A DNA stretch of 63,987 bases, counting the filler, from Rhabdomonas costata (taxonomy: Eukaryota), in NCBI GenBank assembly GCA_019059605.1. It is 56 parts of 56 records of this genome, joined end to end, with 100 filler letters (N's around TTAATTAATTAA, not from the genome) between each part and the next. Parts side by side here need not be neighbours in the genome. Positions count along the whole stretch, not along the records: positions 1 to 1,045 come from JAHMHO010031624.1; positions 1,146 to 2,189 come from JAHMHO010031625.1; positions 2,290 to 3,334 come from JAHMHO010031626.1; positions 3,435 to 4,478 come from JAHMHO010031628.1; positions 4,579 to 5,623 come from JAHMHO010031629.1; positions 5,724 to 6,768 come from JAHMHO010031630.1; positions 6,869 to 7,913 come from JAHMHO010031631.1; positions 8,014 to 9,058 come from JAHMHO010031632.1; 48 more parts are not named here. The stretch is one strand, 5' to 3'. The translations under genes and the position numbers were made by a program. Position 1 is the stretch's first letter; every line of letters starts with the position of its first letter. Positions 1 to 10,985 of this stretch are shown piece by piece. The notes beneath the pieces were generated by a model, which had not been told where the DNA came from, made no database searches, and was given only the letters and a program-made list of their open reading frames with translations.

Positions 1-1045
1 GTGGGATGTTCTGGTAACGTTTCAAAATGCCGGTGGGCTTCCCACAATTCGCGCAAGGCGTTTTTTCCTTTGCCCTGGTGCGGCCCGGACCGAAGGATTG
101 AGTTATCATATGCATTTCAGTTTCAATTGAATGCATTATAAATATGGTCCACAATATGCTTCACACATGCTCGTCACCTTAATCCGAAGTCAGGTGGGAG
201 ACTCGCCTTGACCTGGGCGGAGTCTCCGCTGGTTTGGTTGGCGCATTACGCCCTCCCAGGGGTTGGTATGGTGGATAGTAGTTTATGTGGGTCAAGCGGT
301 TGTGAACCGCCTTGGGACTCTCACGTCCCGAGCTCGCACATGTTGTGTGCGCGGCGCGCCCTTCCTAGGGTAGTCCCTTTAAGGGTGCAGAGTACATCTT
401 GGAGGGCGGTTGTTTGGCGGTCTGCAAAGATTCTCCCGCGCAGTCCATGCCTTCTTCCCCAACATCGGGGCGTCAAAGTGGCTCGTGAACTTTACCAGAC
501 AGGGCGCTGTCCTGGGAGCAACTCTTGTGGAGTCCCTGGAAAAAACGGGATATCGGGCGCTTGGGAGGAGCTCAGTTTCCGGTTTGGGGTCACGTGAGGG
601 TGCCAACACAGCGACTGCCCACTCAGCGGGCTCGTGCAGGCCGGACTCTGGACCCATACCAACCTGGCCACCTGAAAACCGAGGACACCCATGTTGCGTT
701 TGGGCGGCGAGCGACACGCACCCCCCATCCATCACAGCATTTCATGGTGAATGCTGCCCCATGTTCAGAGATGCATCGGAAACGCACTTTGCTCGAGCTC
801 ACGCTTGAGCAACACACCCCCATATAAATATCATCATTGTACGTATTTCATCGGCATCGCCCGTTATTTGTTTTATCTGTTTTGTCTTCACCGTGGAAGT
901 CAGCCACCCAAGCAGAACTGTCTCATTTCAAAATCGGCCGATGATGACGAAGGCCGGCAAAACAAGCGAAGTGAGTTCTGGAGAAGCCCCCCTCTTTAGA
1001 GACGTGAAGACAGCCAATATTTGCAATATTCGTAGGGGGTGGGGC

Positions 1046-1145
1046 NNNNNNNNNNNNNNNNNNNNNNNNNNNNNNNNNNNNNNNNNNNNTTAATTAATTA
1101 ANNNNNNNNNNNNNNNNNNNNNNNNNNNNNNNNNNNNNNNNNNNN
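1046..1145. other. Artificial contig-joining spacer (44N-TTAATTAATTAA-44N); first of 55 copies, one about every 1,145 bp
   Basis: An identical 100-bp block with a six-frame-stop core recurs throughout. The contigs between are all about 1,040-1,048 bp, i.e. a length-sorted draft assembly. Confidence 0.99.
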
Positions 1146-1649
1146 CTTTTTGATTCAGTTGCACTGAAGACGATGACCACTTTACTTTTTTTTCAGCACT
1201 ACACTTCTCATTTTCCGAGCAGTACCACATCTCATTCCCCCGTACTCCCACTTCCTCTGGGCTGATGGACTCAGTTGGGACTCACGAGCAAAAAAAAACA
1301 ATCACTCTCAGTTCATAACGTTTGCTTTCTGACTCTACCACTGCTAGAGGGAGAAATCGGCAACGTCCTAAGGCACTTCCTTACACCCTGAAGGCAGGCT
1401 GGCGCTAAGAGCAAATTCACGGCCAGCTTCCTCTAACGTCAACACTCACTTCCTCTGCGGTGCGACGAAGGAATGCGATTACCCCTCCAACGGCACTCAC
1501 CAGAGGAGCCATCCCCCGCTTCGGACTCTTCTCGAAATAAACTATAAAAGGCGTTGGCTGGATCCCGAACGGGAGGAAAGTGAGTTGGATGGTCACTCCG
1601 CTGTCTTTTTGGTCAGCTGTGGGTACGATGCCCGTGGGCTTGTAGGGGC

Positions 1650-1830
1650 TCAGGTCCGGAAGTACTCGCAGGGCAGGCCCACGACGGCCCTCCGCGTGCA
1701 CACTGCACCGGTGAAAGTGCTGTGGGAGGTGCCCAGAAGGTGCGCCGCGGTGCCCATGAGGTGCTGCTCCACCGCCACCGCCATGGCATCGGTGGCATTG
1801 AACTGCGCCGAGAATGGGCTCTGGCACGCC
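1650..1830 (-). CDS. Terminal exon of an O-fucosyltransferase-like (GT-B, O-FucT/POFUT) glycosyltransferase
   Basis: After a TAG acceptor (1831-1833) it reads ACQSPFSAQFNATDAMAVAVEQHLMGTAAHLLGTSHSTFTGAVCTRRAVVGLPCEYFRT*, matching the family C-terminal pattern (D/E)QxIxxxAxxFxGTxxSTFS...R. Not in the ORF track. Confidence 0.6.
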
Positions 1831-2780
1831 CTACACGCAGTGGTGGGATTTGGCAGGGGGCAGGGATGCCGAGTAAAGGGTGGTACTGATGCAATACGGC
1901 TGGCCTTTCTTTTCGTTTCTTTCTTTCTTTCTTTTGCTTAATTTTGATCTACTTCATCTCAGAGTTTAAATGACGTTCGAAAAAAAAAAGATTGGCAGGG
2001 CGGTGCGCACGCCAGTTTGCATTTACATAGTATGTGGACTAGATGACTGCTTCCGTTGATCCGGAATTATGGATGCTTAGGCGCCCTTCTAAGCTTTTCG
2101 GACGCGTTTTCTAAACGGCATTTCCCCCCCTGCAGTTTCACTCAATATCTGTCTTTTTTCAGGATTCCCCTCGAAAAGGACGTAATTGTNNNNNNNNNNN
2201 NNNNNNNNNNNNNNNNNNNNNNNNNNNNNNNNNTTAATTAATTAANNNNNNNNNNNNNNNNNNNNNNNNNNNNNNNNNNNNNNNNNNNNGGGTGTGTTGA
2301 CTGCAAGTGCTCCTGTGCTCAACGGTTTCCTTCTTTGCTCCATGGGAGGAGCGGTATCTCGCATATCAACGAATGATTGCATCTCCGCCGTTCCAGGCTC
2401 ATATTTCGCAGTAGCTGTCGCAATAGGTCGGTCAGTAGGTCCGTTGCGGGTCGGTTCTGCAAAGAGGATCACCTTCAGTGTTGCACGTCACTTCGTTGAG
2501 ATTTGAACAATCGCGGCTGCTTTTCAAATAGAGTCGTGTCATGGTGAAGTGTATCGAAATTGCGAGGCCATAAATATATGCAAAAAGGTCGTCTTATCAA
2601 AAGGAGTCTCACCAATTTTGTGCAACCAAGGAATGTGTTGATGTCAATTCGGAAACGTCAGGGAGAACGTCGTGAATGAGGCACGTGCGCCCGACTTTTT
2701 CAACCCCTTTCAGGATTGTTGTTTTTTCGCGGGTTTTTTGGGTTGCTGTTTCGGCTTGAAAAGAAACCCAGCTGTTTCAG

Positions 2781-2960
2781 TTGTGAAGGGAATGCCCTAC
2801 ACCAACGTCTCCTTGGGGGCGCTGGCCGACCTCTTCACGGAGGTATGCGGGCCGATCTTCACGGAGCTGGAGCCCCGGTGGCACTACTCCCCGGCCAACG
2901 GCTACCGCGCCACAGTGCTGCCCCGCAAGCTCCTCATTGACAGCCTTCCCAGGCTGCTGC
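2781..2960 (+). CDS. Internal exon, unknown protein
   Basis: TTTCAG acceptor, strongly GC3-biased frame VKGMPYTNVSLGALADLFTEVCGPIFTELEPRWHYSPANGYRATVLPRKLLIDSLPRLL. The 3' boundary is uncertain. Confidence 0.5.
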
Positions 2961-3699
2961 GTGCCCGCCCCCAAGACCCCGCTTCTACGGACAAAGCAGA
3001 CCCCGAAGCCGCCGATGCATCTCCGATATGAGCCTTGTCTTAGGAGGGAGTGCAGGGAGACTTGGCAGCGTTCAGCAATGTTGCACTGTACGATCGCGGA
3101 TCAACAGCCTTGAAATGGGAACATGGGTAAGCACTGCATACCCAGGAAGACTTAAGCTTGAAAAGGACGCCCCTGTCGCTCCCCCCCCCTCCGGCCCCAA
3201 TTTCCAAGCGCAAACAAAGAAGTACTGTCTCTTAGGACTTAGCTCAATACTGCCACCAGAAGCCCCTCAAAGCCAGTTCGCGGCTATTGTGCCAATCGGA
3301 GACATTCTGGCAATCACGTAGCACCACCCCAACANNNNNNNNNNNNNNNNNNNNNNNNNNNNNNNNNNNNNNNNNNNNTTAATTAATTAANNNNNNNNNN
3401 NNNNNNNNNNNNNNNNNNNNNNNNNNNNNNNNNNAGATTTGCACCCGCACCTTTGTACACCAAGGTCCTACCCATTGCTTGGAATGTAGTCCTGGAGTTG
3501 TTCCGGGTATATGGGAACACGCTCTAATTTATGCGTAAAACCTCACTTATGGCACCATTCTCAGGAAGATACTTAACGCACTCCACGGCGTGAACCAAGA
3601 AATCACAAAAATGAAAATGCATAGCCGCACAAGCAGTGGCGAATAGAGCACTTTTGAGCCGCGAAAGCGCAGGGTATAAAGATCCTCACGTCACGGCTG

Positions 3700-4040
3700 C
3701 CCAGCGCAGCGCACCTGGAGTGAAAAGGACGAAACGAGTACGATATCTACAGAGTCGCTTTGACCAGGACCAGAGAGAGGCTCTTTATCAGCTTTGACAA
3801 GAAGGATCCTGGGAAGGTCCAAAGTTCCTCCTTCTCTGTGCCCTAGGAAGAGCAACCACGCTGGCGGCAGCAGTACTTTCCCGAGAAGTCCTCTAAGAGG
3901 CGTCAGTCCAGTCAGCGTTCGACATCAATTCCAGCATTATCGCCCAGCTGCCAGGCCTATTTTCCAGATGAGCGCGAGTGTAAACTGAACCGCAGTCACA
4001 CAGATAACACAGACGCGCTGTCGCCTTCATTCATTCATTC
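3700..4040 (+). mobile_element. Possible decayed 3' end of an RLE-type non-LTR retrotransposon ending in a (TTCA)n tail
   Basis: Frameshifted remnants resembling the K..KY / F.FD..G / VSV..Q..AARAI motifs, followed by TTCATTCATTCATTC. Weak. Confidence 0.25.
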
Positions 4041-4242
4041 TCATGTTGTGCGCTTTCAAGCCCACTCCATGTGCCTCATCTGGCACTTCCATCTGGAGTG
4101 GGGTAGCAAAAGAAGCACAAACCCTCAACACACACAACACGCCTTGGAGCGGTGGGGCTTTTCCTTGTTCTTCTTGTTATGCCCACTTGTTTTGGTGCTG
4201 TTTGTGCCGGACGAACACGAGGGGCATTGGGGTGAGTGAATT

Positions 4243-4284
4243 GGTGAGTGAGTGAGTGAGTGAGTGAGTGAGTGAGTGTGTGTG
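4243..4284 (+). repeat. (GAGT)n/(GT)n microsatellite
   Basis: gtgagtgagtgagtgagtgagtgagtgagtgagtgtgtgtgt seen directly. Confidence 0.95.
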
Positions 4285-5357
4285 TACCCCCGAAGACGAA
4301 GAGGAGGAGTCGCACCGGGTTGTGCAGGAAGGCCCGGAACCCGAGGCCTGGGATCCAATGGGGAAAACCCTGTCGCGTCGCAGCCAGGCGAGGGGCCGAG
4401 CAGCCAGTGCCCCAGGGATGACCTGGAGTGGCACGGACGGCCCGGGCTGACCGGCTCTCCGGTTCCGCAGCTGCCCTCNNNNNNNNNNNNNNNNNNNNNN
4501 NNNNNNNNNNNNNNNNNNNNNNTTAATTAATTAANNNNNNNNNNNNNNNNNNNNNNNNNNNNNNNNNNNNNNNNNNNNAGCCCTAGGTCGTAGCTCATCA
4601 AACGGGTTCAACGCATTCACACTCAGAAGGCCATTCTGAACAGAAACAAACTCAAGCTTTCTCCCTCCTGCTGCAAACATGAAAGCAGTGTAAAGCAATT
4701 CATCTCTTCCACGCAAACACAGGCTCAAGCCTTAAAAGCACCACCTAAGGATTACAAAAAGGAAGAGTCACAGGACAAGGGCAGTAGTTGCACTCCATGA
4801 CCGGAAAACGCCCCCGGCCCCACCAAACACCTCACTGCTCACCAACATACAAACAACACTTTCCAAAGGCTTTCACTAAATCCACGTGAACAGGCACAGC
4901 GTGCACATCTGGAGTGGGTCCCCATTCCCAAATCGGTCGTTCCACATTGCATCACTTATCGTTTCTCTGCAAGAGAGCCATCAGTTCCGTTCTGCTTCCG
5001 CTGCTGGGGCAAGCGATGGATCTGCCCACCCGATGAGGGGACGAGGGAACGCCCGCTTCACGGAGGAACTGCTGTGAGCGCCCCCCGCTTCGGGAGCAGT
5101 GACGTCGGAGGAGGGACTGGGAGTGGAGGGGAGGCCGCTCTGGGAAACAGGGAAAGCCGCAGGGTCTGTGACCGGCAACTGAGAGAGAGAGGGTTGCGCG
5201 TGAGGGTGTGCGTCGTACCTGCGGCTGGCCCGGTGGTAAGATGGGCAAATACTAAGCGCAGGTATGGTGCGTATGGGGTGTTGAGGCACTGGACCGGGGT
5301 CTCCACGCAAGCTCGTTGTTCGGTGGACTTCTTCCAAGGGGTCGGACTGTGACTCTA

Positions 5358-5608
5358 CCAGGGGGGTGCTGATTTTTGTGGGGCGTTAAACGCTTACCAC
5401 TGCTAAATGGTCGTAAATTTCTATGCCTCCTTATACTAAAGTATGTCCGTGAAGCGGCAGAAAAACAGTAAACAAAACGCCTTCTTGCAAAAGTAAATGT
5501 GCTTAGGGTAGCTGACGGTTTCCCTAACCCCCCTGCGCCCTAAAATAAAATCGCCAAAAAAGCGAATTGGTGGATCAGCAGTGCTAAACGTGTATCGTCC
5601 ACCCCTGG
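5358..5608. mobile_element. Candidate MITE with imperfect CCAGGGG terminal inverted repeats (hAT-like ends)
   Basis: Left end CCAGGGGGGTGCTGAT; right end ATCGTCCACCCCTGG (reverse complement CCAGGGGTGGACGAT). Interior is non-coding; no clear target-site duplication. Confidence 0.35.
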
Positions 5609-8464
5609 AACATCCTAACCCACNNNNNNNNNNNNNNNNNNNNNNNNNNNNNNNNNNNNNNNNNNNNTTAATTAATTAANNNNNNNNNNNNNNNNNNNNN
5701 NNNNNNNNNNNNNNNNNNNNNNNGGTGGGGGGTAAGAGGCAAGTGACTTCAAGACCATGAATCAAACTGTGGTACAAAGGTCGTTCATTTAAAGTGCATT
5801 TAAAATGTTATACACTTCCCACCCCTACCAGAGTAACCAAATATTGCGCCGCGAAGCACGAAAAGTGGGGTTCCGAATGAGGTAGGACCAGGGGGTTTCA
5901 TCGCTTCACCGATCGACGCTGAGGCACGAACCTTTGGGGTGGCCTCACCGCCTAAGGACAGGCGCCCCATTCCGGACTCCAACTCCGTGAAGGCGACGGG
6001 AAGCCCGGATTTTCCTCTTGCAAATAAGAAAAGGGAACATGAGCGATACAGACAGTTTGCTTTTCATGGAAACGATCTCTTGAGAGGGGGAGATAGCCTG
6101 GGATTGGACCTGTTCCGCTGGAAAGGAAACTGAATGTGATTAATGTCTCTCATCCCCTGCTAAAGGTGAGGATGAGCCCTTTTACGTAAAGAAGTGCCAC
6201 TTCAGTTATTGGTCTTGCAGCAGGTTTGGGAAGATGTCTTTGTGCAGCAAGAGACAGCGGAGCGGCCCAAGATGCTAGGAAGTTTGTCTGGAGACATACC
6301 TGTAGCGGGGCGGGGGCTGATGCCAGTGATGGATTCCGCCAGTCAGCTATAGTGACACGCAACCATACCTCTGTCATCAGAGAAAAAATGGACAGGCGCC
6401 AATTCCGCTTTGGCACTCTTCTGTTTGCCCCGCATCCCGTTCTCTCCCCACCCGATTCATACGTCTTGGCCTGCCGAAGAGACTGAAGAAAGGCCAGCTG
6501 GGCGAGAGAAATCTGCCGATCACCCCCCACAACCACTACCACCCACAAATCAACCACCTATAAACACTCATAAACACGCACAATGACACAAAAAGTCCGC
6601 GGACCTCCACCGCTTTTTTGGCTTCGCAATTGCAGCAACATCTCGCAATCACAAATGCAAAACAAAATAGGTGCAATGCAAACCAACCATTATAATTCGA
6701 AACAAAGTGTGGGAAAGCGCATCTTGCCAACACCAGTCTTTGTGTTGCCAAAGCTTTGACTTCCCACCNNNNNNNNNNNNNNNNNNNNNNNNNNNNNNNN
6801 NNNNNNNNNNNNTTAATTAATTAANNNNNNNNNNNNNNNNNNNNNNNNNNNNNNNNNNNNNNNNNNNNGTGGGGGGGGGTGCGTTACACCCTCACAGGTG
6901 ACACACTGAAATTTTTGCTCATGAACTATGAACTGACCCTACTGAGCGGCGCATTCATCCAGAAGGGGAATGGGGAAAGAGCTAGGAGGAGGGAAAGGGA
7001 AGGGAAGGGGAGGAGGTCTCTTTTTTTTCTTGCCCCCGTTGGTGCGCAGGCCTTCTTTCTGGAGCAGCGCAAGCCCTCCGTGGCGGTCCGTGCGAAGCCT
7101 AACTGCCACCACCGCCTCAGGCTGGCCCTGGCCCGAAGCCCACCGGTGCACGTCTCCCACGCTCTATGGAGAGGGTACGCCCACAATCCCCCTGCATCCT
7201 TTCGACAACTCTGCACTGGCACGGAACCTGTGCAATCGTTTCGGGTCGAGAAGGTCGAGAAGTTCTGATTTTGGGCGGATTCTACTTTCCCTATAGCCCT
7301 CTGTAAGCATCTCCCCGGACACCTGTAGAGACAAACAGATGCTCAGTACACTCCCCGCAGATTCGGTTTTTGTGAAGTGATATGTATCCTGACACCAGCG
7401 GTTGATCTTGAGTGAGAAGAAAGAGCAACCACCACAGAAAAAGAAAGTTTCAACTCCCACTTGAGGCATTATTTACTCAATGAGATCCGAAATACTGCAA
7501 ATCAATATTAACCCACTTTCTACCCGCTGTGTTTAAAATGTGGATGCTCACTTCAGATGCAGATCCCACAGACCAACTCCCGCACCCACAACAACTCATT
7601 TTCTGAAGAGCTCCGGATTCCCATGAAACATTGACCTCACCTCAGTACAGTACTGTGCAGGAGGCACATGGAGTCAGCGCCATGGGGTTACTTTGTACTT
7701 CTCCGTACAGCCCTGTCACCAAGCCTCTCTCGGAGGATCAAGTCAGCCGTCTCTCCGATGAGCTCGCCGCGCACGGCGTGGGCTGGTGCGAGGCCCGCGA
7801 CACCCTTCTCGCCGTAATGAGCTCAGACACCGTCACTCTGGCCCCGGAGGTGCCCCCTCCGGGCTTTCTCATGGGCCCTCCCGTCGGCCACGGCATCGTC
7901 TCCCACACCCCCCNNNNNNNNNNNNNNNNNNNNNNNNNNNNNNNNNNNNNNNNNNNNTTAATTAATTAANNNNNNNNNNNNNNNNNNNNNNNNNNNNNNN
8001 NNNNNNNNNNNNNTTGTTTTACTCTCACTGCTCCAATAAGGCGATGGCCGAGGTGGTGCCCGCTCAGCAGTCGAAGCTTCAGCTTGCACCTGCAACTCCT
8101 GTGGACGTGTGACCTCCCCATCCCAAAGCACCATATTCCATGGTTCAGCGCTTCAGGGCGCTTTTCTTTTTTACGGGGGCGAATATTGTGAGAAAAATGC
8201 TTACTGAAAAAAGTTAACCCGCGCTAAACTCACGTCCGGGGAGGGCGATTCTGGCCATCGCCATCAAAAGCCCTCACAGTTTTTTTTATCTTACTGAATT
8301 CAAAGTTTCAAAGCTTGATCATATCGGTGGTACATAGGCCGCATGGAGGCTGTCCAGGCTTCTTTCTGTGTTGGCAAGGTGTTGCGGTTTTTTTGGCAAA
8401 CGTGACAAGACTAAAAGTTAAACGTAAATTAAAACGTGTTGAAACACGGAAAAATAAATTCGAC

Positions 8465-8520
8465 CCAAACAGTCGGGGAAGCAGGAAGTCCAGCAAGGAC
8501 CACAGCTCCTGAAGGCTGTT
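8465..8520 (-). CDS. Micro-exon of a SNF2-family helicase/ATPase
   Basis: CAG|NSLQELWSLLDFLLPRLFG|GT matches the (TGTPLQ)NxLxELWSLLxFLxP motif following motif III of SNF2 ATPases. Confidence 0.85.
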
Positions 8521-9158
8521 CTGTGGGAGGCCAAAGAGCAGCCGCTCCCGCACATCACATTTAACCGAGGTATCAGGGTTTTTGTGGAGGTTTTTTTTTT
8601 AGCACCTTACTCATTGTCAAGTGTGATGTACGCCTCGGATTCCAAATCCACTGCAAGATCCGGGATTCTTATGGGGCATTTGGGCCCTAAAAGGGTATTT
8701 TCGACTTAAACCGCATTTCCAGGGGCCTCGATTTTTTCCGGGGGCATGCTTTCGCGCGTTGCTGCCCTGGATAAAAGGGGAAGTTGGCACACCTAAAGCT
8801 GATTATGTTTCTCTCTGTGTGAATAAGAATCAAGGCGGACCTGCAGGGGGGTGCCCGTGAGGAGCAGGCGGTGGGCACTGCGGAAACCCCTGAGGTCGCG
8901 CAGCAGGCGGCAGTTCTGGTTCTTCAGCCGATGGCCTTCGTCGACGACAATGAAGTTCCATGAAACTTTCCACAGCGGGCTCGCGGTGCGAAACCCGTAT
9001 CTATGAAAGGGCGCGAGCGCAGAGGTGAAGCAACAGCCAGCCGGCCAGGCTTCACAGANNNNNNNNNNNNNNNNNNNNNNNNNNNNNNNNNNNNNNNNNN
9101 NNTTAATTAATTAANNNNNNNNNNNNNNNNNNNNNNNNNNNNNNNNNNNNNNNNNNNN

Positions 9159-9380
9159 GTCGCGGAGCCCCACCCAGGACCCTGTCGTGGGGTCCGCCAA
9201 GCCTCGAGAGATCGTCCGGATCGCATCGCTGCGCGCCTCCACCGCGGCCACCCGCACCGCCTCCCCGCTGGGGGTGAACCGCGAGACCATCTGCTGCCCC
9301 GCAATGGAGCTGGCCAGGAGGTACCCCGTGTCCACCTCCACCAGGAAGGCCACCGTGCCCTCGAACAGCGCGTCAATCGT
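9159..9380 (-). CDS. Exon of a putative extracellular sensor (Cache-like) region of a receptor/cyclase
   Basis: TATCAG acceptor, GC3-rich frame TIDALFEGTVAFLVEVDTGYLLASSIAGQQMVSRF...SDAIRTIS. The 'FLVExxxGxLLASS' pattern is typical of such domains. Confidence 0.5.
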
Positions 9381-10802
9381 CTGATACACAAACCGGAGCG
9401 GAAGATTGGTGGAACTTTGAGACCTTCCATTCCTTGACAGCATTCGTTTTGTTGGCGGAAATCTGGACGTTGGATTCTCACATAAGGAGTTTGTGCACAA
9501 ACACCACCAGACCTGTTGCCTTCTTCGTAACTTCACCCCAACACGCACCCACAAGCCATCCACAGGTCGTGTGTCTCCTCGCCGTGGCCCGATTGCTCCT
9601 GGGTCATCTTACAAACGCTTCGTACCGAGAAGAAGAAAGGTCTCGGTGTTGCAGCATTCTTGGCGCTGCATTGCCACACACACACAACCCCTTCGTTCAA
9701 ATGTGCGCGCTGTGCGCTCATCATTTTACTACCCTTCGGTGTGCCCATCGTTCACATACAACGAAGTCAATGCCATCCTGACAAGGACGAGAATTCGACA
9801 GTAACATGGCGGTCAACCGATGCCCACTCAAGAAGGTCGGAAATGCAGACAAGCCAGAGTATCAGCACAACCATCCCTGGAACGCGGTGGCTGCGAGCGT
9901 CAGCGCGCCTTCATCAATCACACGGGCATCACTACCAATAAATAACAACACATAACTCGTTCAGTCACCGCGGGCGCAGCAGGAGAAACTGCAACTGCGC
10001 GTGACTGCACTTATCTTTTCTTATTACGCGCACGCTCCCGTCCCGTGCTGGCTACAGCCGGCTACAGCCTCTCTCCCCTTGGGAGTACGAGTGCTCTCCA
10101 GCCGCATTCGTTCGTTCGTTCGTGCAACCCCTCGGTAAGCTGCTCGCTTCTCGTCGGGTTGCTAGACAGTCAGAAGGCGAAGGTAGTGGTCGGGGGGGGG
10201 GTGNNNNNNNNNNNNNNNNNNNNNNNNNNNNNNNNNNNNNNNNNNNNTTAATTAATTAANNNNNNNNNNNNNNNNNNNNNNNNNNNNNNNNNNNNNNNNN
10301 NNNTTGTGGTGGGGTGAATAGGCACCGAATCCTGGTTCCCTCTGCGTGCCTGCACCCCCGATCTCACACGGGTCTGAGTTTTCCGCTCGGGATGATAGCA
10401 TAATGGCGTTATCCCGGCCTCCCCCTCCCCCTTCCACCCGAAAAAAAGGCTCAGGCGGACCAATTGGAAGTACTCCTGAAAAAAAAGAGGTTAGAAGGAG
10501 TCAGCGGGCGGCGCAATTGCCCGCTGAAGACCAGCAAGAGGCCTGCTGGTATATGGAGGGCGTTCAGAGGGTGTTTGTTTCCAAGGGCTTTGCGGTGAAA
10601 TTCGTGCCGAGAAATCGAAATCAGGGCAAAGGCATTTGTTCATTCGTATGGGCACATCTTGGTGTTGCTACTTGGGTGAGACTGCGTCTGTGGTTCCTCC
10701 AGCACCGCCCTTTTTTCCGATTCCCGTTTTTAATTCATGCATTGTTAGCCTCCCCACTGCCATCCCCGACCCCCAGCCCCTGCTGAGGCTGCGTGAGGGA
10801 GG

Positions 10803-10985
10803 ATGAAGTTCGGGAAGCAGCTCGAGTTCCACGCCCATGGCGAGCTGAGGGACAAGTTTGTGTCGTACAAGCGCCTGAAGAGGCTGATCAAGAGGCAGCG
10901 ATTCCTTCTCGACGAGCAGGAGAAGGCCGGGGGGCAGGCCAAGGAGACCTCCCCGCTACTTTCCCCGGATAGCGTCCGCGAACAG
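10803..10985 (+). CDS. First exon of an SPX-domain protein (phosphate homeostasis)
   Basis: MKFGKQL...DKFVSYKRLKRLIK is the SPX N-terminal signature. CAG|GT donor at 10985; a pyrimidine tract and AG lie upstream (possible trans-splice acceptor). Confidence 0.92.
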
